A DNA stretch of 64,000 nucleotides from Cycas panzhihuaensis (Eukaryota > Plantae > Cycadophyta), in contig CM041465.1 in NCBI GenBank assembly GCA_023213395.1, positions 67,463,741-67,527,740 on the forward strand, written 5' to 3'. The position numbers and the translations under genes are program-made. Positions 1 to 12,453 of the stretch are shown here, piece after piece. Under the pieces are notes generated by a model, which made no database searches, had not been told where the DNA came from, and saw only the letters and a program-made list of their open reading frames with translations. Every line of letters starts with the position of its first letter. The stretch's first letter is position 1.

Positions 1-115
1 ATAATAATGTGCTTTAAATACTAATATGCAATAGAATACACCTTGAAGAAACTTTGAAATCTTGAAATAAATCCAAATAAATCTTTATTTTATGGATAAA
101 ATCATTAAAAGTAAA

Positions 116-492
116 TGTTGAGAAAACAACAAGATCTAAATACATGTGCCTTGATTCGAGTATAATAATCAAAATATTCTACAAATCAAGAAACTAAATA
201 AGAAGAATAATCATACAATGGTACGGGTGAATTCACCACATCATAGGCTCTCTCTTGGGCAGAGCTTCTATATTAACCAAAATCTAATATGTAGTACAAA
301 GGTACAAGTCAATATTTATAGCCATCTGCCAAGATTATAAGGTATTGTAATAGTCTGACTTAACGGCAAAAGAGGTGGACACGACCTCATTATCCAATAT
401 GATTTAATTACATAAAAGGGTCTATTAATACATTATAATCATGAATTTACATAAATAAGAAGAAATGGAGGTGATATTACAATGTTTTAACA
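116..492 (-). repeat. 3' LTR of the truncated copia
   Basis: Starts TGTT right after the PPT. TATAAATA on the minus strand at ~313-320. Probable CAACA end at 116, which is less certain because no partner LTR is available. Confidence 0.6.
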
Positions 493-2200
493 CCCTCCCT
501 TAATAGCAACTTCATTTCTTCGAATGCCAAAGTCAAATCTAAATTGTTTAAACTTTGGTTTACTAAGTGCTTTAGTGAAGATGTTTGTAACCTGGTCTTC
601 AATAGGATAGTAGATGATATCAACTTCTCCATTTTGGACATGCTCATTGATGAAGTGATGATGGACCTTAATTGGTTCTAACATGGAATATAGGATTCTT
701 TGTCATCTTCAATACACTTTTATTGTCACAGTATAGGATGGTTAGTGAATTTTGTTGAAGTCCAAGCTCGGCGAGAATCCTTCTGAGCCAAATCAACTTG
801 GTTATAGCATGGACAACTTCTTTATATTCTGCTTCAGTGGAGGAAAGGACAATAGTGGGTTATTTTTTATAGCTCCATGAGATTACAGTTGAGTTCAAAT
901 CAAAACAACAGCCTGAAGTTGAATGGCGTGTGTCTTGGCAACCAGCCCAATTAACATTTATATATCCCTTTAGAATACGTGATTCAGTCTTATTGTACTT
1001 AAGGATAAACTGATGAGTACCACAAATATATTTGAGTATCCTAGTGGCTTCTTTCTAATGAGATGCTTTAGGCTATAACATATACCTGGAGCAGATGCCT
1101 ACTACATATGAGTTGTCTGAGTATGAGTGAGATAGATGAGACTCCCAACTAACTACTAGTACAAAGTAGGATCAAAAGGTTTTCCTTGTTCATCCAAGTT
1201 TAACTTGGTTCCTGTCTCCATAGGAATTGGTACAGGCTTACATTCAGTCATCCTAAATCTTTCCAATAGTTCATTATCATACTTGGTTTGAGTTAGTAGG
1301 ATTTGTCCTGGTTCTTAATAAACTTCAATTCTAAGGAAGTAATGAAGTAAGCTAAGGTCAGTCATCTCAAAATTACTTTCAACTCTGATTAGAGCTAAGA
1401 AATTCCATCTGTATCATTTCCAATGATAGTAAGATCATCCATATAAAGTACAATGATGGTGATCAAATTATCTCTAACCTAAATATAGAGATTAGGGTTA
1501 AAGGGTGAATGATTAAATCCATGATGAGTGGGAAATATATCTATCTTTGCATACCAGGCACATGGTGCCTGCTTGAGTCCATAAAGGGCTTTCTTGAGTC
1601 TGCAAACTAAGTGCTCTTGTCCTGGAACATCATAGCCTAAGGGTTGTTTCAAGAAAACCTCTTATTTAAGCTCTCCATTGAGGAAAGCACTCTTCACATC
1701 CATTTGGTAGATAGGCCATCCAAATTGAGCTACTAGGGACATAACCAAATAGAATATAGTCATGTTAGCTATTGGTGCAAAGGACTCATCATAGTCAACC
1801 CCCTCCTATTGTTTGAAATCTCTTGCAATAAGGCGAGCTTTGTGATACTCTACAGTACCATCTACATGACACTTTGTCTTATACAACCATCTATAGTTAA
1901 TTACTTTCTTTCTAGGTGGCAATTCAGTTAGCTCCCCAAGTGTCATTTTTTAAGATAGAGTTCATCTCTTCATCCATAGCTTCTTTCCATATTTTGTCTT
2001 TGACTGCCTCCTCAAACGTGGAAGGTTCAGGAGTTTCAAGGACACGTGCCATGAGGGAAAACTTTATAGAGTGTCTCATCTTAGAAGGCCTCTTTGTAGT
2101 TGTAGGAGGAGGAGGAGCATCCTTTAAAAGTTGTTGTACCCACTTAGGAGGTGGCCGAAAGTTGGTGGCTTCCAACATTCAACTCCTTTCTGCTCTATCT
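116..2200 (-). mobile_element. 5'-truncated Ty1/copia LTR retrotransposon (RT-RNaseH, PPT, 3' LTR)
   Basis: Minus ORFs give EPSTFEEAVKDKIWKEAMDEEMNSILKNDTW (pre-RT) and HHFINEHVQNGEVDIIY..DQVTNIFTKAL (RNaseH end). PPT AAGGGAGGG at 501-493 directly precedes TGTT at 492. Many stops. Confidence 0.9.
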
Positions 2201-2812
2201 TTTCCTTTTTTTGAGAATGGGCCATTATTACATGGGAAAGGTTTAGAAGCACAATATTATAGTCACATAATACATTATATGGAAGATTTTTGAAAAAGTT
2301 TAAAGATCTGAACTTTGGTAGGATTCAACTTTGTTTACTAGTTAAAGTTGTCTGCCAGTAAGCCCTTCCATTTAACTTCCAGCAATAGTATTAAATTCCT
2401 TCGGCCAAATTAGTATTCTCGTTATCACCTTTTAAATAGATTTTTATTCTATTAAAGTGGTCTTATTATGCTAATTCAGGATTCATAATGTTTCCATGGA
2501 TGCATTAAATACATAACCCTAAGAAGTATAATTGGATCCATCAGGTGCTTTGTGTCAGTCTTAGGAGAATTGATGATCAATTTTAGGTGAATCTGAGAGT
2601 GGCTAGAATATCATCTGAGACACAGTTTAATGTATTTGTTGGAACATATCAATATGTAAGAATGTTGTCACTTTAATACTTTTCCAAGAGTATGCGTCCT
2701 TTTGAATTATTGTGATAAATATGCATTAACTTTTTTTCTCTCATTTGTACACAATGTTTAATATTTTGAATAATGATTGTGAAGATATCCTAATTTTCAT
2801 ATGTTTGTGAAG

Positions 2813-3232
2813 ATATCAGATGATGTTGTTAATTGTTTACATGGAAAGTAGCTTTGGGAGCTTTGCAATGAGAAGAATGAGCCATTATGGTTAAAGGGAG
2901 CTAGTTATTACAATTTGGTGCTTTATTACGAATACATAAGACATCTTAGAAAATTTATATTAATAGTTGAAAAATCAACTTTGCCCAAAAATGGTTCAAG
3001 GAGGAGTGTTGATCATTCTACCCCTTTAAAGATGAGTATTGACTAGCTAGAGAAATCTAAGACTAGTATAGATAGACCAGAGAAGGTGAGGAGCAGTATT
3101 CAGCATCATAATTCAAATAATAGTATTGAACAATAAGATAATCGAATTGCATTGATCACTTTGAAAAGTATAGATCGCTTTGAGAAAGCAACAACCAATG
3201 TCAATCGATTAGAAAGATCTTGGACTAGTTAG
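2813..3232 (+). pseudogene. Terminal-exon relic of a plant ABHD17-family alpha/beta-hydrolase
   Basis: Manual translation [78 protein letters not shown] matches the family motif DEVVDCSHGKQLWELC.EKYEPLWLKGGNHC.LE..PEYIRHLKKFI and the R/K-S-x-D repeat tail. In-frame stops and frameshifts are present. Confidence 0.85.
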
Positions 3233-3501
3233 ATCTTGGAATATCTAATCCCCTAAGGTTAGGCCAAGTATCAAAGAGCAATTTAACTCTCCATGTTGAC
3301 AAAGGTTTATTTGAATGTGATGTAAGAGGTTTCAAATCAATGTGTTGAAAATATGATATCAAAATCAAGACTTCATGAGCTTTGTTTTAGTGTTGTTTGA
3401 GTCATTTCATTTTTTGTATGTAGATGCACTCGCTAATTTAGCTCTTGAAGGTGAAGCATGAATGAACATTACAATAAGGGTTGTATGTGTTTGACTTTGA
3501 C

Positions 3502-3836
3502 TGTTGGGAATAATCCCAATGTTCGTGCACTAGAGCGCTTAGGGCCCCTCAAAGCCACCTTTGAGGGTCCCTAGGGCACCTTGAGCCGTTTAATAGCCGC
3601 CCAAACCGACCACTCATGTGAGGTACGTATCACCGTTATTTATTTTTTATATTTTTTCAAACTAACCTTAATTGTTGTGCAGCTAGGGTGATGGCGCCCG
3701 ACGCCTCCCTGAATTCTCTATTTAAGGGTTGGGAATACCTCCCAGTGTTTATTAACACTGCCACTCTATTGGAAATTGCCGTTGTACTCAAGATGAGAAC
3801 GTCGTGATGTCTTGCTCTGCTCCTCCGGCTCCATCA
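3502..3836 (+). repeat. 5' LTR (335 bp)
   Basis: TG...CA termini, direct repeat of 11506-11841, about 12-13 differences, mostly transitions. Confidence 0.97.
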
Positions 3837-3838
3837 TT

Positions 3839-3851
3839 TTGTATCAGAGCC
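3839..3851 (+). promoter_or_regulatory. Primer binding site, tRNA-iMet type (one mismatch)
   Basis: TTGTATCAGAGCC versus canonical TGGTATCAGAGCC, 2 nt after the LTR. Confidence 0.85.
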
Positions 3852-6800
3852 ACGTTGTCTATTTTCTGGTTTTAGTTGCTCAAACGTCTGCGGAACATAT
3901 CTATATGACTACTCATTGAGATTCTCGGCGAGCTCACCGATCCGGAGAAGACGGATCCGGATTCCATCCATCGTGAAGAAAGATCTCCCGCTCAAATTTG
4001 CACTCAAACCAAAGTTCTTCGCTTACTTTTCATATTTTCAAACATATAAACAAATAAATAAGCTTTTTGATATATGCTTTAGCTTGATAAATTTGTGGTT
4101 TGCGATCCTCTGTATTGGTTTATATCTGGCATGTTAGCCTCTGTGTTATCTCTGTGACTTTGCCCTGTTAATCTCTCTTAACTTGCTGTTAAAGATATCT
4201 ATGTTATCCTGTTGTTATCTCCGTCTCGCGTCTCACTTCACCCCTACATAGTACCCTTCCTTGCGTTGTCCAGACGCCTGCTCGCCTCCGTCTCGCTTGG
4301 GACGGCCCGCCTCTGATCTACACGCTACAAAGGCATGCCTCGTGGTCCTCTCGTCCTGCTTGACTCGTGATCCCATTTACGCTCAAGGGTTCCCGCCTTG
4401 GCATTTATTCTGCTACCGCGTATCTGTGTGTTCATTGATTTTCCGTTGATTGTCACTTGCTACCGCTGCCTTTGGATCCGCGCTTTGATCGCCGCCTTTT
4501 GGATCTACGCTTTGATCGCCGCCTTTGGATCTGTGTTCATGCGTTTGCGTTTGATCCGCTTGACATTCCCGCCTCTCAGACTTTGTATCTCCGTCGTGCA
4601 CTTCACATTCAGATCCCGCCTGAGTCGCATCTCCCTCGCAAGCCGTTATTATTTAGCACCGTCAGATTCTACCCTGACTTAATATCGTCCCTCGCTTTTT
4701 TATTGCGTATATATTGACCGGCCGGTTATGCTACTGTGATATCTATCATTTATCGTGCCTCGTATATATATATACCCGCTTTGGACTATTATTTATTATA
4801 TACATTGTTGCGCTTCCAGAGATATAGATCTTCGCTGCATATATTTGCCCGCTTATATATCTCCGTCACAGATATATTTGTGTACCAGTGTATATATATA
4901 TTTGCATCTATATATATATATTTGCAATTTGATATATATCCGCTTTTGAATTTGCGATTATATTTGCCTCAGAATCGCCTTTGCATTTATTGTGTTTATT
5001 ATGCCTTTTATTCATTACGCTTGTGTCCTCATCATTCTATTGTTTGCGCCTTAATTACCATATTCTCTTAAACCGATTATTATATGTTTTCAAAATTTGG
5101 TTTAAAAGTATTAAGTTCTGCTTTTAACTCGACGAGCGAGTTCACCCTCCGCATCGGAGGTTTCATTATCCGAGTGGTCTCGTTCAATCCCGTTCAGCTC
5201 ATCTTGCTACACTTTTTAATAAGTGTTTTTTTTTTCAATTGTAAACTTTATTTTTTCAAAATTTCATTTTTTCCATAGGGTTATTGGCGCTTTTGTAGCC
5301 ATAACTTCCTGTTGGCTCATCGGTTTCAGACGAAACCTACGCCAATAGATCAAAAAGTTTCTGTAGATCGATTTCGACTGGTCATAAGACCAATTTGGTG
5401 CCCATTTGACCTTGTTTCGACCTTTTTAACATTGGACTTTCGAAATTTCAGCGTTTTTTGTATTTCTAATAAAATCGGTTTTAGAACTGGCTGTCATTTA
5501 TTTTTGGTAAATTGTTTTGTGCCCAAATTTTCTCTATAGCAATCTACGTCATATAGACTTTAATACCCATTTTTTATTTCAATTCTTTGAGTTCATTTTC
5601 ACTAATATTTTAATCGCTAAAATAAGAAATTTAGTTGTTTTTGCCTGTTTCTTGAACATCCTTCATAAAGGCACTTGGTACATTTTTCACTATAACTTTT
5701 GTAATTTTATCGATTATTTCCGCCTTCGTTGGGAAGTGACTCATTTCTCTTCATTGAGATATATTTTTCCATACATTTTGACACATTTTTCTTATATTTC
5801 AAATCAGCTAAAGTTGAGGTATTTTATTGGCCTAAATCTCTTTTTTACACTGCTTAATATATTCTTTCAAAATTTTCAATCAAGTAATATTAATTACTTC
5901 ATCAATAATATTTGATTATTTTTTCAACTTTTCTAAGGATTAATTAGTATTTTTATGCAATTTTTGCCTACCGGCCCTCGTTAGGCTCCATAAGGAGGTC
6001 CATTCCTTTGCCTCATTCAAAACGTGATTTATTGGTATCCATTTTCAAAACTGTTTATTTTATTGGATTCACATCTCAAAGAATCTACATATTGATAAAA
6101 TTTTAAGCTATTCGACCTCATTCAATATAGTTTTCAATCTGTTAAAGTTGAGCATATATATACATCCTAACAAGCTTGTCTTCTTTCAAAAATTGTAAAG
6201 AAAATTCTAGTTCATATTTCCTTGTTTACTCAAGTTTCTGCTTTATCTTTCTATAAGTACTTTACATTATTTTGAACAAACATTTGTTTATAAGGTAATA
6301 TATAAAAGTTGTTCTTATATAAAAAGGAAATTTTTTATATTGAAGTTCTATATTACTCATTTGAGAAATTGGCATCTGTTTGAAAACTATTTATTCTCAA
6401 AAGTTTATTTCAAATCTTGTATAAGTGAAAAGTTTTAAGCATCATTACTTTCTTATTGATCGTTTTACTTTAAAAAGTGTATCAAAGTTGTTGAAAAATA
6501 TCATCCTTCTTGTACTTATAAAAGGAAAATTGCATTTCTTTTCAAAGGCATATTACATTTGTTTGAAGGACATTATTTTTTGAAAAAGCAAAAGAGTTTT
6601 TGTAAAGTTTTCATTTCATCTTGCTTAGAGCATTTTTTCTGTTATCAAAAGAATTTTTCTTTTTTAAGCAAGACCACATTGCTAAATAGATTAGTTTTCA
6701 CATTAAATAAGATAATTCCGAATTGAACCACACCTTTTCCAAATTTTGCAAGGGGAACTTAGGACCTCGGTTACCACTCAAGACACGCTTAATCGGCCTA

Positions 6801-7295
6801 CTCATATTGGATGAGGACACCATTAGCTATCGTGTGTATACTGGCGGTGAGGTGCGTAACCTTTCATTTCATGGTGTTTGGAGACCAAGGCTAGACCGAG
6901 AGGGTGAGTGCCTTTGGTTCGAGAACCTTCACCGCTAGATCCGCCGTTAGGCATAAATCCAACAAGTAGTGGACCAACAATTCGGGGTGTCAAAGCCTTC
7001 TTAGCACCCCACGATCGAGGTATATAGAGCCTGCGCCTGCACTGAGATAAAGGGTCCCCTGCTTTTGCCATCCGTAAGGCGCCATCGATGTAATAGCAAC
7101 CGAAGGTTGCCCCAGGAGAAACATAAACTTAGAGCCTAGTAGCCTTTCTAGGTCCTAATTCATTTGTTCAAACTTTTGAAAACCTTGGGATATATATTTG
7201 GAAATAATTTCTTTCATTTAAGTTCTTTCAATTTTTTTACATTCAAATATTTTTTGCTATTACATTTATCACATTTTATACAACCTTAATTTAAA

Positions 7296-10200
7296 ATGAT
7301 GTCTAGTTTTGGGAATATGATTATTCCTAAATTTGATGGAAATAATTTTCTTAACTGGAGTAGGAGGATGAGGCCCATCCTCATAGCAAATGAAATATGG
7401 GATATAGTGAGAAATGGTTACAATGACTTAGGATCAAATCCAACCGATCTTGAAAAGCTACATACAAAGAAAATATCAAAAAAGATAATGAAGCCTTAGC
7501 CCTCATCTTTTGCGCTTTGGAAGATCATGTTTTCCCACGAGTTAGTGAATCCATTAAGTCCAAAGAGGCTTGGGATACTTTACAGCTTATATACGAAGGG
7601 GCTACGTCCTCTAAACTATAAAACTTAAGAAGTAAGTTTGAAAATTTACGTATGATGCCTCATGAATCAATAACTGAATTTATGACTAAGATTCAAGATA
7701 TAGTTAACCAAATGAGGTCCCTTGGGGATACCTTAACCGAACAAAGAGTAGTTGAACGGATCCTTCGATGTGTAGGAGCCGTTAGACGCTTTGAGATGGT
7801 AGCTACTAGTATTAGTGTATATAAAGACCTAAGTACCCTCAAAATAGAACAACTTACTGCTATGCTCATGTCCATAGAAGAGCAACAAGCTGCCAATGAA
7901 ACTTTAGAACATGCCTTTGCTACAAAGGCCAACATTCAACCTAACTCTCAAGATGGCACCTCAAAACAAAATGAATCTCCTTTAAGGAGAAAAGATAAAA
8001 ACCCTAGAAATGAACCTAGACAAAATCCTCCACGATACCAAGCTTCTCATAATAGACAAGGACGACCCCCACAACATGAAAACTCTCCAAGACATTCGAA
8101 CACTCAAAGAAACCTAAACCAACGAAGACAAGTTGAAAATCATTCTTGTTGTCCACATTGTCATGGGAACCCACAACCTTCTAGAACACCTCAAAACTAT
8201 CATGACCAACTAAGAAATAATCATACTCAATTCTATGAGGAAAGGGGGAGACCTTTCAACCTTGATCGCTCTCCACCAAGGAATCAAAATCTTAGTTATG
8301 GAAAAGAGATCAACTATATTGCACTTATTGTCGAGAAATGGTCACATCAAGATAAGTATTTTTCAAAACATGGACCACCCTCTAGAGGACATGTGTCAAA
8401 TACATCAGAATCTAAAATCAACAATAGGTTATTTCTATCTAGTTTTTCAAATTTCTAGAAGAAGATGACAATAGTTGGTACATTGATTCCGGTTGTTCCA
8501 CCCACATGACCCATAAAGAATAATTATTTCAAACTTTAGATACAAATAAGAAAGGGTCTATTATGTTTGGAGACAACACCTCTCACGAATCGATTGGAAA
8601 AGGTAACATTGCCTTATTGATTGATAGTGGTGAATATAAATATTTAAATGATGTTCTATATGTCCTCGCTTAAGGAAAAACTTACTATCGGTAGGACAGA
8701 TGATGGGACAAGACTATAAAATAATTTTTGACAACCGCGAATGTGTCATCAAAGACAAACGACAAAATGAAGCTATTGTTGCTAGGGGTATCATGACTAA
8801 AGATCGTTTATTTAAACTTTCTATCACCCCCTTAGATACATATGCCCTTAGAACCACAACTACTATGGATAGTGACCTATGGCATCGACGTCACCACCTT
8901 AATTATACCAGTTTATCCCTTATGAAAAGATTAGATATGGTTAATGGCTTGCCCCCTATTGATGTCAATAAAGAGTTGTGTGAGGGATGTCTTCTTGGAA
9001 AACATCATAGAGAAAGTTTTCCAGACTTTATCCATCGCATCCGCCTCTTCAACTCAGATACAGATATTTGTGGCCTAATGGCCACTCCCTCCTTGGCAGG
9101 TACTAAATATTTCCTTACATTTATTAATGACTTTACAAGAAAGACTTGGGTATTCTTTCTCAAATACAAATCTGATACTTTCGACCACTTTGTTGACTTC
9201 AAAACCTTCGTTGAACGACAAAGTGGATATCATATCCTCTCCTTACGATCAGATAATGGGGGAGAATTTACCTCTAATATCTTCAAGGATTACTGTATCC
9301 AACATGGGATTAGGCGACAACATACCAACCCCTACACCCCACAACAAAATGGTGTAGCTGAAAGGAAAAATAGAACTATCGTAGAAATGGCACGTTGTAT
9401 GCTTAAAGATAAAAACTTAGGCCATGAATTTTGGGTCACCCATACCGCATAGCCTACTTACTTAATCGATGTTCCACAAAAGCCATTAGGGGGAAGACAC
9501 CAGAAGAAGCGTGGATAGGTTATAAACCTAGTATTTGTCACCTTAAGGTATTTGGCTGTTTAGCCTATGCCCATGTCCCTGACCAAAGAAGAACCAAATT
9601 AGATGATCATAGTGTAAAATGTATCTTTATTGGATATAGTGAATCATCAAAATCTTACAAAGTTTATGATCCCAAATCCTGAAAAGTTATACTAAGTAGG
9701 GATGTCAAATTTCAAGAAGATACCTACTATCAAAATAATCACGAACAACAAAAGGACATTACTATTAAGTTTAATGCATCAAATACATCCAAATATGTGC
9801 CCCCCATGTGGAGAGACTCTCCCTAAACTACTAGGGAAACAACATCATCTCAACCACCATCACAACCCCTACCCAAATGGGTTCAACGCAATCATGACTT
9901 AGGAAATATATTAGATAACAATCGAAGATCTACACGTTCACACAAAGTTAACTTTGCTCTAATGAGTAAGTTACTTGAAAGTCATGAGCCTCAAACCTTT
10001 GGTGAGGGTAATCAACATAAGTGCTGGCAAAAAGCCATGCAAGAGGAATATAAATCTATCGTTAAAAATGACACTTGGGAACTTGTAGACTTACCACCAA
10101 GAAAGAAAGCCATTGGAACCAAATGGGTTTATAAGACTAAGTTCCACTCTGATGGATCAATTGATAAATATAAAGCTCGTTTAGTTGCCAAAGGATATGC

Positions 10201-11505
10201 CCAAAGAGAAGGCATAGACTATACCGAAACATTTGCCCCAGTTGCTAGAATGGAATCAGTTCGCATGATAATAAGTTTAGCCGCTCAAATGGGCCTGTTT
10301 ATCAAATGGATGTAAAAAGTGCTTTCTTAAATGGTTATATCCAAGAAGATATCTATGTCTCTCAACCCCGCTTTTGAAGTCGGGAAGAAAGCAAAGTGTA
10401 CAAGTTAAAGAAAGCGTTATATGGTCTAAAACAAGCACCTAGGGCTTGGTATTCCGTGATATAGACACATATCTTAAAGGTCAAGGGTTTGAAAGATCTC
10501 AAGCAGATCCAAACCTATACACTAAAATTAAAGGAAATTTGATATTGATCGTAGGACTTTATGTAGACGACTTAATTTATACCAGAAATGACTCCCAACT
10601 TTTAAATCAATTTAAAGAAGCTATGTGTAAGGAATTCGAAATGACAGACTTAGGTCTTATGCACTACTTCCTAGGATTAGAAGTGTGGCAAGATAAACAA
10701 GGAATATTTATATCTCAACGTAAATATATATTAGACCCTCTACAAAGATTTAATATGACAAATCAGAAACCATTATCAATACCAATGTAAATTGGAATTA
10801 AACTCTCTAAGACAGATGACTCAACTTCAATTGATCCCACTCACTATAGACAACTGATTGGTAGCCTACTTTATTTAACCTCTACTCCACCTGATATAAC
10901 ATATTCGTAAGTGTTGCATCTAGATTTATGCAGGACCCAAAGACATCTCATTGGCAAGCTGCTAAAAGAATCCTCAGATACCTTAAAGGGACTTCAGACT
11001 TTGGGTTATACTACAAACCTACATCCGAGTTTCGATTAATCAAGTTATCTGATTCGATTAATGGGTGATATTGATGATAGAAAATCTACTCCTGTTATGC
11101 ATTTAGTATGGGATCAGAAGCAGAGCTGGAGTACAAAGAAACAAAATACCGCTTCCTTATCCACAATCAAGGTAATATAAAGCCGCATGTTAGGAGCACG
11201 TGAATCAATCGTTAAGAAGACTCTTACAGATTTTCAAATTAAACAAAGAAGGTCCCACTAAAATTTGGTGTGATAATCAGAGTGCTATTCAAATGACAAA
11301 AAATCCAGTATTCCACGGTAGAACAAAGCACATTGCAACTCAATACCACTTTATTCGGAACTTGTACAAGGTAAGAGATAGAGTTGACTTATTGTAGCAA
11401 TCAAGATCAAACAGCGGATATTTTTACAAAGGCCTTGGGAAAAATCAAGTTTGAGAAATTCAGAGATGATTTAGGAGTCATACACATTGGGCTTATGGGG
11501 GAGAA
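7296..11505 (+). pseudogene. Copia gag-pol polyprotein, frameshifted in this sequence
   Basis: IPKFDGNNFLNWSRRM gag N-terminus, UBN2-type gag, WYIDSGCSTHMT protease (~8476), LWHRR..CEGCLLGKHHR, LRSDNGGEF..TPQQNGVAERKNRT integrase, [18 protein letters not shown] and LYVDDLI RT, CDNQSAI..ADIFTKAL RNaseH. Confidence 0.95.
11495..11505 (+). promoter_or_regulatory. Polypurine tract
   Basis: ATGGGGGAGAA directly before the 3' LTR. Confidence 0.85.
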
Positions 11506-11841
11506 TATTGGGAATAATCCCAATGTTCGTGCACTAGAGCACTTAGGGCCCCTCAAAGCCACCTTTGAGGGCCCCTAGGGCACCTTGAGCCGTTTAATAG
11601 CCGCCCGGACCGACCACTCATGTGAGGTACGTATCACCATTATTTATTTTTTATATTTTTTCAAACTAACCTTAATTGTTGTGCAGCTAGGGTGATGGCG
11701 CCCGACGCCTCCCCGAATTCTCTATTTAAGGGTTGGAAATACCTCCCTGGTGTTTATTAACACCGCCACTCTATTGGAAATTGCCGTTGTACTCAAGATG
11801 AGAACGTCGTGATGTCCTGCTCTGCTCCTCTGGCTCCATCA
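11506..11841 (+). repeat. 3' LTR (336 bp, TG mutated to TA)
   Basis: Direct repeat of 3502-3836 followed by TSD TTGAC. Confidence 0.97.
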
Positions 11842-12422
11842 TTGACAAGAGTGCATAAGTTTAACTTTTCATTTCTACACTCAAGAGGAATAGTTGCTTT
11901 GACTGATTTTACAACTATTTGAGTTATGACCACAACAATTAGTAGCAGAAAACGGTTCTTGGTGGTAAGCATATTAAAAGTTTTTAAGTTTTCAAAGCAA
12001 TCCTTGTATTTATGCTAGATCAATTTAATGTATAAATTATGTTGTTGCAGTAGTTAGGTATCACATATACTTGAGGTTGGCATAAAATAATTGTGCTTGT
12101 TCCTCATTGGGTTGGTTGCAAGACCTCGTGGATAAGCCCTCATCACTCCTTTAATTGCAAAGGATGAGCATAATTTCCATTTGAAAAATCAAATGGAGCT
12201 TATTACAATGGTATGCATCTAAAAATAATATGTATTGGTAAGCATATATAAAAGTATAAAAAATACAACAATGTCCAATGTCTTAGAGGGCCCAACATCA
12301 CAACACTATTAATAATATCAAATACGGGTTAATAATTGTTAGAATTAATGTTTAAGAGTTTGTATTAGGACATAATTTAGGGTTATAATTTAATGTCGTA
12401 ATCCTACTATGTCCTATGGCTT

Positions 12423-12453
<31 letters not shown>
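12423..12453. repeat. (AC)n(AT)n microsatellite
   Basis: Seen directly. Confidence 0.9.

Larger units (their letters stand above)
3502..11841 (+). mobile_element. Full-length Ty1/copia LTR retrotransposon with ~3.4-kb leader (lineage Ivana/Gymco-like, uncertain)
   Basis: TSD TTGAC at 3497-3501 and 11842-11846. LTRs ~96% identical. PBS, PPT and gag-PR-INT-RT-RH order. Confidence 0.97.

Noticed and set aside
3916-5915. Cluster of short ORFs in the copia leader (possible extra or env-like gene)
   Set aside because: Low-complexity overlapping frames, several with non-ATG starts, no recognisable domain, and not conserved as ORFs in the related leader
6711-7140. Hammerhead ribozyme, tRNA or 5S (Cassandra) identity for the structured module
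   Set aside because: No CTGANGA/GAAA core with proper stems. The GGTTCGAGA at ~6916 is not conserved in the other copies. No 5S boxes.
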